64,000 bases of DNA from assembly GCF_006345805.1 (NCBI RefSeq), contig NC_042997.1:66712001-66776000 (forward strand), written 5' to 3'. Position numbers and translations under genes: made by a program. This document shows, one piece after another, positions 1 to 12,577 of this stretch. Position 1 is the stretch's first letter; each line of letters starts with the position of its first letter. The stretch comes from Octopus sinensis (lineage: Eukaryota). The notes below the pieces were generated by a model. The model had not been told where the DNA came from. It searched no databases and saw only the letters and a list, made by a program, of their open reading frames with translations.

Positions 1-97
1 GGTTTTTTGCTGACTTGTAAGTGTTAGCAGATTGAGCTCATATATGCCATTGAACCATCCACCCAATACTCTCTCTCTCTCTCTCTTTACAAATATG

Positions 98-237
98 TCA
101 TCATCATCATCATTTAACATCTGCTTTCCATACTGTCATGGGTTGGATAATTTGATAGGAGCTCATACAGCCGAGTGCCACACTAGGCTCCATTGTCTGT
201 TCTGGCATGGTTTCTATGGCTGGATGCCCTTCCTAGC
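98..237 (-). mobile_element. RTE 3' terminal module, diverged
   Basis: (cat)n tail followed by ctgctttccat...ggctggatgcccttcct. Confidence 0.65.
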
Positions 238-509
238 AGCAAATATATATGCACATATATCTGTGTGTGTGTGTGTGTGTGTGTAGTTCAAATTTCCAGA
301 AAACAAAAGACGAAAACAGGTGTAAGAACAACAAGCAGGTGTATTAGTTTAACACTCAGGAAGAATGGAAAAGTCTTTTATGTTTTGAGCCTACTTTTAT
401 CCTGTTTTGACAGACAAGATTAAGAGGAAAAAGAAAGGAGAGAGAATGGAAAATAACAGGGAGAAAAAAATGTGTAGGGATTAACAGTCCAACATGATGA
501 AATAGATAA

Positions 510-556
<47 letters not shown>

Positions 557-557
<1 letters not shown>

Positions 558-1140
558 CATTATCATCATCATCATCGTTTAGCGTCCGCTTTCCATGCTA
601 GCATGGGTTGGACGGTTCAACTGGGGTCTGGGAAGCCAGAAGGCTGCACCAGGCCCAGTTTGATCTGGCAATGTTTCTACGGCTGGATGCCCTTCCTAAC
701 GCCAACCACTCCATGAGTGTAGCGGGTGCTTTTTACGTGCCACCGGTACAGGTGCCAGACGAGTCTGGCAAACGGCCACGATCAGATGGTGCTTTTTATG
801 TGCCACTGGCACGGGGGCCAGGCGAGGCTGGCAACGGCCACGAACGGATGGTGCTTTTTACATGCCACCGGCATGAGGCCAGTCGGGGCGGCGCTGGCAA
901 CGGCCACAAATGGATGGTGCTTTTTACGTGCCACCAGCACGAAGCCAGTCGGGGCAGCGCTGGCAACGGCCACGTTCAGGTGGTTCTCTTACGTGCCACC
1001 GGCACTGGTAACTCAGCTGCAATTTCCATTGATCGATTTCGATTCTGATTTCCACTTGCCTCAACAGGTCTTCACAAGAAGAGTTTTGTGTCCCAAGAAG
1101 GGAAGGTATGCATAAGTATGCAGAAGGCCACGGGTTATGG
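557..1140 (-). mobile_element. RTE LINE 3' UTR-only insertion
   Basis: Aligns by eye with 14572-15170. Five hairpin-motif repeats and a (GAT)n tail. The ORFs annotated here are not real proteins. Confidence 0.9.
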
Positions 1141-1191
1141 TTATATATATATATATATATGAATAAATGAAAGAACGGAGTCGAACAAAGA

Positions 1192-1285
1192 TGTTAACAA
1201 AATTCTTTCATTTATTCATATACAACACACAAATTTCTGTTAACAAAATTCTTTCATTTATTCATATACAACACACAAATTTCTG
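1192..1285. repeat. Perfect 46-bp tandem duplication
   Basis: tgttaacaaaattctttcatttattcatatacaacacacaaatttc occurs twice. Confidence 0.95.
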
Positions 1286-1416
1286 CACATGAACCCGGAG
1301 TTTCTACCCTTGACAGGTCGCTTCAACCATGTTTCTGACGTGAATTTGCTACCCAGGTTTCAGTTAAATGAATTTTCCATGCTGACGATAAACATAGGAT
1401 AATTCATTCACCTACT

Positions 1417-1448
<32 letters not shown>

Positions 1449-1625
1449 CACATTCTTTTAGTCTTTTACTTGTTTTAGTCATTAGACTGTGGCCATATAT
1501 ATATATATACACACAACAGGCTTCTCTCAGTTTCCATCTACCAAAGCCACTCACAAGGCTTTGCTCGGTCTGAGGCTACAGCAGAAGACATATATGCATA
1601 CATACAGCCATGCCTGTATGCATGC

Positions 1626-1658
<33 letters not shown>

Positions 1659-1665
1659 TATATTT

Positions 1666-2218
1666 CAGGTCACTTTCGAGTGCTACTGGTAACATGTAAT
1701 CCAGTACAACCTGTTGCATGGTCGGGTTGGCAGCGACTAAACCGGCAACCCCACCAAGCTTGCTTGGTGAGGAGGGTGTTTATTGAACACCTTACGGGAT
1801 GATGAACAAAACCCGTCAAAGGGCGGAGGAACTCTTGAGAGTCAACTGCCATCCAATAAATGTCTTAAGGCTGCATCATGTGCGGGGACATAGAAATAAT
1901 CGGACTGAATACCCGATCGCACGGTTAAAACATTGGGAGTGAAGGACTCCTAGCCTTTGTTAGGGCATCCTTCTAGGAGAAGGTAACTCAGGTAACTGGG
2001 ATAACTCTGACATAAAACCTGCGACTCAGTGGTTACCGATGATGTTGACTTGTTCTTCTTTTCGGATTATGGCTGCTGTTACTTAGTGAGTGGGATTGAC
2101 TCAGTGCACAGCCTTTCCTCACTTAAAAACGAATCTTCTTGCACAGGCATTGCACGATAACAACATTGATTAAGCTTCGTGCAATGGCCATACTCGATAA
2201 CGAGGGGGCAGCCACCAT
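1666..2218 (+). mobile_element. Non-coding RTE-derived (bipartite) element with (TGTA)n tail
   Basis: agggcatccttctaggagaaggtaactc...aaacc resembles the conserved RTE 5' UTR motif as I recall it. The last ~80 nt recur at 5063-5140. Both copies are embedded in (TGTA)n. Confidence 0.6.
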
Positions 2219-2511
2219 GTATGTATGTATGTACATATGTATGTATGCATGTATGTATGTAAGTATAATGTTGAAATTGAATACTAGGTATGAGTGGGGG
2301 TAAAATTTACCCAGAATTTATAAGGCAGATAAGAAAATGGAGAGGATAATCATTCAACAAACATGAGCCTGTAAACATTCATTTAGATCTATTTATTAAT
2401 TGATTACAATCATATGTATAAATAATAAAAACAAACAAATGAAATAAGCAAACAAACAAGTAAATAAATATATAAATAAATAAATGAATAAGAATAAATG
2501 AGTGAAAAATA

Positions 2512-2878
2512 CTAAACACAGCTATTTCTACTATGGGTACTAATAGTATTATGGGGAAAATATTTAATTTCATCGTTATACCCTACATTTTTAAGTGCTA
2601 CATTATACTTATCCTTGTGTTTATTAAATATTGCTTCATTTAAGGAAAGGTTTGAGATTCTTTTGCTTATATTTCTTAAAAGGGCTCTTTTTATTGATTG
2701 GGGATGGTTACTGAAATTATTTATATATCTTAAATTAGAGTTCTGCTTCATATATGGTTCATATAGTCCAGTGTTTAAGTTACATTTTGCATCTAGATAG
2801 TTAATGGAGTAATTTTCATTCTCTATAGTTACAGAGAGATCAAATCTACTGAAAAACTTATGTAGGCATTTCTTAAAT
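2512..2878 (-). mobile_element. Penelope-like element, RT C-terminal/thumb fragment
   Basis: INYLDAKCNLNTGLYEPYMKQNSNLRYINNFSNHPQSIKRALLRNISKRISNLS...YNVALKNVGY matches the PLE pattern FLD..L....Y.PY.KPN....YI...SNHP..I...I..RIS.LS......Y..AL...GY. Confidence 0.85.
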
Positions 2879-3965
2879 AATTCTAGGAGCCTACATGTAT
2901 ATATACATGCATATATATATATGTGAGTACAGGACACCACAAATAAACGTAGAACACAAAGAGAAACGAAAACATAAAAGCAACTAGGAAACGGACTTTT
3001 TTTAACAATGAAAAAACAGAGTACAAGACAAACAATACAAGGAATATTCCTCTTCATCAGCTGTCCCTGGATCGACTCAATGCGTGTTTCGAAGGTAAGG
3101 ATGTATGTATGTATGTTGGTAGGTAGGTATGTATGTATGAGGGTAGTATATGGCATAGTGATTATGGTGTTGCACTCATAATCACAAGGTCATGGGTTCA
3201 ATTTCTAGACCAGGTTGTGTGTTGTGTTCTTGGGCAAAACACTTCATCTAACATTGCTCTGCATTAACTTTGACACCTGATATGTAGCACACCATACACC
3301 TGTTCAGGCAATGTTAATTTGATATCAGGAGTGAGTTAATGTACTAGAGAAATATTTGACCACTATAAACAAATTATTTATGTTCAGTAACAAATTACAG
3401 AACCATTTTTCACAGGCAACAAGAAATTACCATCGTGTATGCACACATCTGTGTACACAGGGGCATCGTGTGTGAGTAAGTAAATCAAGTAGATGTTAAT
3501 ATACTAGTTGACATATAGAAGAAAAAATATCAATATACTAATATTTGTGCTCTTGGTGGAAATAAGCACACACACCCATTCACACACACACAAATACACA
3601 CGCACATACACACATACATACACACATACATATCACCATCATCATTATCATTATTTCTTAGTGACCGTGTTCCATGCCCTCATGGGCAAGATAGTTTGAC
3701 GGGATCCGACAGGTCTAATGACAATATCATGTTCCAATGTCAGCTAAGGCAGTTTCTACCACTGAATAGATAAAATAATACTGAAACACTGTCTCTGGTT
3801 GTCTACTAATGCCACTTAGAGCTTAGAGCTTAAAGTTTAGATCAACATGTTTTTTATACCAAAAATCAACAAAAAGAACATTTTTCTCTGAGACAAATCC
3901 TGTGGCGAATACCATTCACATTCAAGTGTACAAAAGCATATTAAAAATACACGTATGCAAACACA

Positions 3966-3967
<2 letters not shown>

Positions 3968-4032
<65 letters not shown>
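3968..4032. repeat. (CT)n microsatellite
   Basis: Pure CT run. Confidence 0.97.
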
Positions 4033-4036
<4 letters not shown>

Positions 4037-4342
4037 CCCGTCTCTATCTCTTTCTATCTCTCATATTTGAATATTTCAAACAAACCATATATCTGCAAGA
4101 GTTCTCTTATCCCAGAAATTTGTCGGCCAGTTGAGAGCAAAACACAAATCAATATCTAGTAAAGTTAAAAGTCAATATGAAATAGTTGGAAAGTTCTTAA
4201 CTGGAACATTGTCGATACATGTAAAAATCAATATATACTGTCTATATATTTCATGTTGAAATATATATTAAAAGTACACACACACACACACACATTGTAC
4301 CCTCTGTGTATGTTGTATGTATGTATATATATATGTACATAT

Positions 4343-4402
<60 letters not shown>

Positions 4403-4990
4403 TTATAATAGTATAAAATACAATTATAATTAAGAGCACAGAGGATTCTGTGCCTATATGCTGAAGATTGACTCTAAATCCGTCTAACTACTCCAAATCA
4501 TTACTTTATAATTTACACAGATTGAAAGCAAGGAAGTAGACTGACAAAAATTCATAAAATAATTCAGGTAATTTTGAACTGACGAATTTCTGGATTAGTA
4601 TAATAACTTTTCCTTCATCAGCAAAATGAATTTACCTAGATAGGTCTATTTTATATGCTGACCACTAATAAAAACAAAATTTATGATTTTTCTCTTAATT
4701 ATGTGTGTGCGAGTGCATGTGTGCGTGTGCGCGTGTGTGTGTATTTGAAGGAATAAGCAGAAATGGCCTTATGGTTTTCTGATAATCTTTCCACTTTAGT
4801 AATTAGATTTTTATAAAGAGCTGTTTTATAAACATCTGATTATTGAAGTGGAAAAATTATCAGGAAAGCCATTCGTATTCATTTCTTTAAATATACTATA
4901 CTGTACCAAGTACTTTTTATTTTTAATTTTACCACATGTATACACAAACACACACACATGCGCATATATATATGTTTGTATGTGTATATA

Positions 4991-5026
<36 letters not shown>

Positions 5027-5479
5027 TGTATGTGTGTGTATGTATGTATGTATGTATGTATATGCACAGGCATTGCACGATAACAACATTGATTAAGCTT
5101 CGCACAATGGCCATACTCGATAACGAGGGGACAGCCACTATGTATATGCATGTATGTATGTATATTTATATACTTTATTAATAAAGATGCAAAGCCCATG
5201 CCTGCATGGAAAACGGATATTAAATGATGATGATGATGATATATATATAGAGAGAGTAAAATCTATTTGCCAACGTAAAGTGGCAGACCTGATTAGGATG
5301 ATGTTACTACTATTTTTAGCCCCAGGAAAACATCTTTTCCAGCTGGCTACCAATGCACAATGACGTCCTTATACCTTAAACAAAGGAGTTAATGTCCCAA
5401 CTCAACCTTAAACTGCACCTGCAGACCATGGTTTCTGAATTATTTCTCTCCATCAGCACAGGATAACCGTTGGTTATAG

Positions 5480-6730
5480 ATGGCAACACTAGTTTTTTCC
5501 CCAAGCATGTGATGGAAGCTGTTTTCTACACATTTTCAGTGTTGTCCCTGTGCACCTGTTACACACAAAAACCTATCTTTCCGGTTAACTTTCCTTTGAT
5601 ATTGCTGCACCTCTTATGTGTCCATAGCTTACACCAGGTACATCTTATGGAGTTTCTACCTATGCCTTTTCTACAGATCAATCAGGGCCATCTACCTGAA
5701 AGGATTTATGATTTGTCTGCCTTCCTACTAACTTTGGTTTTTGTTAGATTGACTCTAAGGCCCTTTGATTTCAGATCTTGCTTCCACAACTGAAACTTCT
5801 CCTCTAGTTCAGCTATTAGAGAAAGGTTATCAGCATAGAGGAGCTCCCAGGGGCATCCTGTCTTGAATTCCTATGTTATTGCCTGGAGGACTTTGATGAA
5901 AAAAAGTGGACTGAAGACTGATCCTTGGTGGACTCCTACCCCTACCGAGAATTCTTCACTGTACTCATTGCCAACTCTCACCTTACTGACAGCATCCCTG
6001 TACAGCTCTCACTAACCACTCATCTATCCCTAGTTTTCGCATTGACCACTAGATAAAGGATTAGGGGACCCTGTCAAAATCTTTCTCCATGTCAACAAAA
6101 GCCAAGTACGGAGGTTTATTTTATTTTTGGCTAAGTGTTTCTCCTGCAGTTGTCTTACCAGAAATATAGCATCAGTGGTGCTTCTCCCTGGCACAAACCC
6201 AAACTGCATCTCATCTAAACTAACTCTCTCCCTAATTAGTTGGGCTATAACTCTCTCTGTGACTTTCATCACCTGATCCAACAATTTGATACCTCTGTAA
6301 TTATTCGTACCTAATATGTCACCTTTACCTTTGTAGCAGTTGACTATGGTACTGCTACACTAGTCATTGGGTATTACTCCTTCATGTATCACCTGATTGA
6401 CTATACGGGTAACTAGACTAAAGCCTTCACCACCAGATATTTTAAGCATCTTTACAGTGATTCCTGATGGGCCGGGTGCTTTCCCTGTCTTCATACTCTT
6501 AATTACTTTATCTACCAAGGTACTGTCAATTCAGATAGCTGGTCCCTCTGTTGGGTTGACACTTGGCAGACTCTCTTTCTCCCATTCATTCTCTTTGTTT
6601 AGCAACCTTTCATAGATGTGTCTCTAAGACTCTCTCTTTGCAGCCTCATTAAATGCAAGTGAGCCATCATCCATGTGGACGCATCTCTCTTCTACAACAT
6701 CATGATTCTCTCTCACACACTGTCTTGTAA
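5480..6730 (-). mobile_element. Degenerate RTE LINE fragment covering the RT domain
   Basis: QFGFVPGRSTTDAIFLVRQLQEK, GCPWELLYADN (YADD-type motif) and LRVNLTKTK, with stops and frameshifts. Overlaps the other RTE copies in sequence at both ends. Confidence 0.9.
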
Positions 6731-6734
6731 CATA

Positions 6735-7405
6735 TATTTATCAAAATTACATAAAAATAGCTTGAAATACTAAAGAGTAAATTTATTCAATAAAATCACC
6801 TTTGGCTTCAACCACAGCCTCCAGATGACTTCAGAATCTCCTGCAACTCTTCTGGACAGTCTCCTTGTTTAAGTTGGTGAATGCTGCCATAATCCTTGCC
6901 TTCAATTCATCTTTGGTGTTGCAAGAAGTTTTGTTGGTCTCTTGTTCAACAGCGCCCCACACATAATAATCAAGGGGGTTGCAGTCTGGAGATTTAGACA
7001 GCCTGATGTTAAGAGTGATGTGGTTGCAGAAATTGTCTGACAGCCATGGACCAAGCTCTGGTACAGAGTCGTGTTGCCAGGCATAGGGTCTTCCATCAGC
7101 CACCCTCTTGACACATGGCAGCATGACCTCCTACAGGCACTTGATGTAGGCCTCCATGCTGAGTCTGAGGCCATGTGGGAAGATGAATGGAAGCATAACA
7201 TCGCCATCACTAGTGTTCACGCCAAACACCATGATGTTGACTGGATGTTTGATTTTTTACAAAAAAAAAAATAAACGAGTGTAAATTGAACCGGTGAGTG
7301 TGTTAATTAATGAGGCATTAAAACAGAATGACTCTCCCCAGACAACAAAATATGCTTCAACACATGAATTCACATAAAGAATCTTGCAAACCAAATACAA
7401 AAACA
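6735..7405 (-). mobile_element. Tc1/mariner (maT/DD37D-like) transposase relic, internally deleted
   Basis: KHPVNIMVFGV..SDGDVMLPFIF..., RPYAWQHDS and SPDCNPLDYYVWGAVE. Contains a stop and indels. Confidence 0.88.
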
Positions 7406-7507
7406 AAATGTGTGTGTGTATGTGTATACATACATAAACACACACGCATATATAAATATGTGTCAGTATATATCTATATCAATATATACATATACATACA
7501 TACATAC

Positions 7508-7546
<39 letters not shown>

Positions 7547-7605
7547 AAAATCGAAGAAAATTTTTTTTTGATAGTTACAATATTGACTCTGTGTGTGTGT
7601 GTGTG

Positions 7606-7649
<44 letters not shown>

Positions 7650-8361
7650 ACACATACACATACGAAAGTAAAGATACAAAGGTGTTTTCACATACAAAAA
7701 TGTTTCATATATAAGTTTCACAATAAAAATATTAGTGTATATTTTGACAAAGAGTGTTGTATGCATACACATACGAACAAAAAGAGAATTACATTTACTG
7801 AACAGATTTCACATAAAAGAAGTTTTGCTGAATGAATATTTCTGCACATTTTAACCAAGGAACTTTTATGGGAAAAGGAAAAAAATCATTTTACTAACCA
7901 GTTTATGTTGTTATCAGTCTTTTAAAGTATGCCTTTCAATGTCAGTTTTAGTCCATAGGCAAGAAATTTAGCCATGAAGCAATCTTAACACATGGGCTAA
8001 TAATTGTATTTTAAAATACAAATTTTAAAGGACATATTTTAAAATTTGCAAAGGTGATAGCTATATAAACCAGTGTGTAAAATGTGATTTTCTTTTGTCA
8101 AACAGAAAGATGGGATGGTCACAACTATAGCATCATTGGTCATATATCTGCTCAGTCAGCACTGGTCTGGGGCTAAACAATAACAACATACTTTATTTGA
8201 CATCACTGTCTCTTCCCTGCTCCCATAATGTCAGTTGGTTACTGCAGAAGCAGATAACTTAGTCCACATTGACTTACTGTGCAACAATCTCTGCCCCTGA
8301 AACCCCTTTAACATTTCTAGTTAGAGAAGTGGGAAAAAGATTTAGAAGTATGAAGAGGCCG

Positions 8362-8424
8362 AAAAGCAAATTGCCATGTTTAATTATATTATCTTAATAT
8401 AATTAAACATAGCAATTTGCTTTT
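8362..8424. repeat. 30-bp inverted repeat with a 3-nt loop
   Basis: Arms 8362-8391 and 8395-8424 match at 29/30 positions. Confidence 0.95.
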
Positions 8425-9531
8425 AAAAGTAAACTTTAAAATTTTTCCCACAAGTAGCAAAGAAAGAAGTGGTATATGAACACACTCTATTTTTGTCTTC
8501 TTACTAGTAAAGAGAAGAGGCAAAAAAATTGTCACTATTTGGTGGTGGTGGTGGTGGTGGTGGTGGTGGTGGACTGCTTTTGGTCACCTACAGAGAAGCA
8601 CTTAGAGTATTAATGTTGCTGTTATTGTTAAAAGCCAAGTTGACTCTTAATAAACATATCTATGAGCACTCCTATGCTCATAGATATGTTCTTACCACAC
8701 CCAACTTTCTTTAAAGACTTAGGTGTACTTCATTTTTTTTTTATTTCTTGAGATTACATGCTGTGCTTCAACAAAGACTTGGTTGCTATTTCATGAAGGT
8801 TAAACAATCACATAAAGGCTTCTTTATTGTTTTTTTTTTTTTGTCAGAGTATGTAGTTTAGTATGTGGACAACAGTGTGTGCATAGCATTTAATTTTATT
8901 CCAATCCTTTCTTATTCTTATCATCCTTCTAGGAACCAACATTACCTTCTATTCTTTTGATCCCCTGGAGTTTATGAATGTTAAGTATTATAGGCATTGA
9001 TTCAACTGATTATACTCTGAAACCAACATTTCATCTAGCAAGCTTTGTCATATTTAGTTATATTCTTTTACATTCTGAGTTCCAATCCTACTGTTGTAAA
9101 CCATTAATCTTACCATGATCAATAAAAGAAGTACCAGCAGTCAACTGACCCCTCCCTCCACACACACTTTTTGGCTTGCTTTCTATGTTAGAAATCGTTA
9201 TTTAATTGAGTTAATTGGAATCAAACTAAGTAAAACAGTAGAACACTGAACATTATTATAATTTTGTTCCTCTTGACTGAATTTAAACTCCATCAGAGTT
9301 AACTTTGGCTTTCATTTCACAGTCACTTATAACATAATTACCTGTAATATACTGAGGTTGATTGTTCAGAAACTGACCATTTCCTTATGTAATGAATCTT
9401 TGTTTAATACAATATTGGTTTACAGATATATAGATGTAAAAACAAATGAAGCATTATCACATTACAAACAGCTAGATCTTTTATTTCATTTAGGATATAT
9501 TCCAATTCTATTATTTCAACTAAGAGAGAAA

Positions 9532-9748
9532 GCAGTGAGCTGGCAGAATCATTAGCATGCTGGTTAAACTGGTTAGCAGTATTTCATCCATCTGTATGTT
9601 CTGAGTTCAAACTCCACCAAGGTCAACTTTATCTTTCATCCTTTCAGGGTTGATAAAATAGGCACCAGTTGATCACTGAGGTTGATATAATCAACTTCCA
9701 CCACCACCCCCGAATTTCTGGCCTTGTGCCAAAATTTGAAACCATTAT
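9532..9748 (+). mobile_element. SINE family B copy
   Basis: gagctggcagaatcattagc...ctgagttcaaactcc...ggccttgtgcc. Confidence 0.85.
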
Positions 9749-10400
9749 TTCAACTAAGAAAGAAAAATATGAAATAACATGTGAAGCAAAATGGCTCAAT
9801 TAGGAATTGAGACCCACTAAGCAAGCATGGCTTTCTGGGACTTGAAACATCTGTATGGTCCCAGCACAGATACTGGTTGTTATTGATGATAAGGTTGATT
9901 AGTGGTCATCTTGTCTTTTCATATATTTGCTATGCTCTTTTTTTATTACAACAGTGAAGTAACATCTAAAGGAATAGGGTTCATATTTATAGAAGATTGA
10001 ACCACTGTGTAAAGGATCCTTTGTTGGTTCATGGATATGCTAGATAAAATACTTGAATGAGAAACAATCATTTTTTTTTTGTGCATGTTACTATTTCTTC
10101 TCTGTCTACATTTCACTGAACAATTCAAGGAATGTTTTTCTTTTTATTTTTATGACATCTCATCAAACAGCTTTTCCCTGTGCTGTCACATTACCTTACA
10201 ATTCAAGCCACCACCCATATTTTGTTGATTCATATCAAAATAGAACTCATGTTTCCATATTTTGATATTCTGCCCAGCTGTCACCAAGCACAGTCCGCAT
10301 ATAAAACTTATTTCCACCATATCATAACAGTGAAGCCAAACAGATATTCCACTTATTTCTGATTTTTACTTTACTTTTATCTTTTTCTTCTTTTTTTTTC

Positions 10401-10895
10401 AACTTGTTTCAGTCATTGAACTGTGAACTGTGACAATGCTGGAGCACTGCCTTGAAGTGTTTCATCAATCAAATCGATCCCTGTACTTTTTTTGTCTGTT
10501 TTTTTAATTTTAGTGCTTATTATATCAGTCTCTTTTGCTGAACCACTAAGTTATGGGGACATAAGCAAACCAACATTAATTATCAAGTAGTGGTGATGGA
10601 CAAACAAAATAAATACAAAGAAACACACTCACACACACACAAACATATACACACTTCCACGCACACACAGATACACACATACACACACACACATACACAT
10701 GCATACACAGACTCACACACACTCACACACAGACACACATACGCAACAGACTCCTTCGCAGTTTTCATCAGCCAAATTCACTCACAAAATATTAACCCAG
10801 GGCTATAGTTGAAGACACTTGCCCAAGGTGCTGTACAGTGGGACTGAACCTGAAACTTTGTGGTTGCAAAGCAAGTGCCTTGACCACACAGCTAT
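10401..10895 (-). mobile_element. tRNA-derived SINE family A (CORE-like domain, internal CA/TA microsatellite)
   Basis: Minus-strand head with ggttcagtccc B box and ccttgggcaagtgtcttc (CORE-like). The same layout recurs at 12311-12726, 16675-17003, 33351-33735 and 42325-44085. Confidence 0.8.
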
Positions 10896-11160
10896 GTCAT
10901 TTAAACAGATTTCTCATATCTATGTGTAAAACAATCCAATAGCTCTAGGGAAATTATTTTACTAAAAACCATCACATTTTTAATATTGCAAGGAACTTTT
11001 TTAAAGGCTTAGTTAGTGGAAGAAGAGCTGTGTCTATGACATTTTTGGGGGTTTCAGGGACTGGTGAAAGGAGGGGAGGAAGATATAATCACATCAGGTA
11101 GTTGATCTATATGCATACAACAAAGAGACACTGCTAAAGGCAACCAAAAGCCAAGTAATA

Positions 11161-11375
11161 TAATAATAGTTTCAAATTTTGGCACAAGGCTAGTAATTTC
11201 AGGGGCGGGTGTAAGTCATTTATATCGACATCAGTACTCAGCTGGTACTTATTTTATCAACTTCAAAAGAATGAAAGGCAAAGTTGACTTTGGCAGAATT
11301 TGGACTCAAAACATAAAGATGGACGAAATACTGATAAGCATTGCATCTGGCATGCTAACTATTCAATTCTACCAG
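11161..11375 (-). mobile_element. SINE family B copy
   Basis: Reverse complement of the family B pattern. Confidence 0.8.
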
Positions 11376-11391
11376 CTCATTGCCATCCCAG

Positions 11392-11900
11392 ATAATATAA
11401 TAATAATAAACTTGTATATAGTGCTCAGGTGCACTACAACTCATCTGAAGAAATGACCAAAAAATGCATGAACAGAACATGGAAGCGAACAGTGAATGAG
11501 TAATTTAAATAAAAAAAGAAAGGTGATGCATCAGGTGTATTGTTGGTGAATTTCAAGAAGCATGGAGATTTTGAAAGATGTAATCACAACAGCTGCTTAC
11601 AACTGATCAGGTAATTTATTTCATGCTTCAGCAATTCTGAGAGGGAAAAAGTCTTCTGAAAGCTATGGGTGCTGTATTGTATTATGATTTTGTAAGCGTG
11701 TCCACAAGTATTAGATATATGGAATTCAAAAGGGTGCCCAAGATTGTTGTTGGAAAGATAGTGGATAACCTTGGAAGAGTCTACTGAGTCAGTTGCCAGA
11801 CAACAGAGTTTTAATGTGTCTATGCCCAAAGAAGTAAGACATTCAGAGTATGGTAGATGCCTGACAGCAGGTATTCATCAGGCTGTTTCTGAGCATTTTC
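11392..11900 (-). mobile_element. CR1-clade LINE 3' end, degenerate
   Basis: LPYSECLTSLGIDTL...SNTCGHAYKI...RIAEA(W)NKLP...SFK, with a 3' UTR matching the 25.6-kb copy and an (ATT)n tail. Confidence 0.85.
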
Positions 11901-12146
11901 AGGAGATTGATATGCTGAGCAAGATAGGGGTAACAGACTGGTAATGCAAACTATGGATGCACTACAATGGACTAAAATATAAATGTGACCTTTTTGATAG
12001 ACTTCACACTGTTTCCTTCTACTAAATTTCACTCATCAGGCCCAGGTTGTTCAGATGCTATGGTAGAAGGCATACACAAAGGTGCTGCACAGGGAGATTG
12101 AACCCAAAGTCACACATTGTCAAGTGTACCCTGCCAACCAAACACT

Positions 12147-12526
12147 TTGACCCTTTAACATTTAAATCAGCCATATCCAACCAAAACATTCTGTCTGTTT
12201 TATGTTCAAACTGGCCAGATCCAGCCTCTCATACCTACTCTACAATATTATTCTGAAAAAAAAATAAACAATCATATCATTGAAATATCAAAGCAATTAG
12301 ATATTCTTTTATTCATTTACTTGTTTCAGTATTTGACTGTGGCCATGCTGAGGCACCACCTTGGAGGGTTTTAGTCAAACAAATCAACAACAGGACATTT
12401 TTTAAGCCAGGTATTTTATACTAGTGGTCTCTCTTTGCCAAACTGCTAAGTTACAGGGATGTAAACACATCCACACCAGCAGTGGTGGGGGACAAACACA
12501 GACTTACACAGACACAGACACACACA

Positions 12527-12577
<51 letters not shown>

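Noticed and set aside
301-420. Possible hammerhead-bearing repeat (gctcaaaacataaaag on the minus strand)
   Set aside because: Only a decayed 3' half is visible; the core cannot be supported from this copy.
730-1010. CRISPR-like appearance: ~25-nt partly palindromic repeat with ~40-nt spacers (also at 47180-47465)
   Set aside because: The spacers are homologous to each other, the repeats are degenerate, there are no cas genes, and the array is part of a eukaryotic RTE 3' UTR.
608-1115. ORFs of 129-146 aa, and similar ones at 14626-15042, 20930-21391, 42596-42931 and 47042-47517
   Set aside because: Open frames arise from the GC-rich repeated RTE UTR and have no protein motifs.
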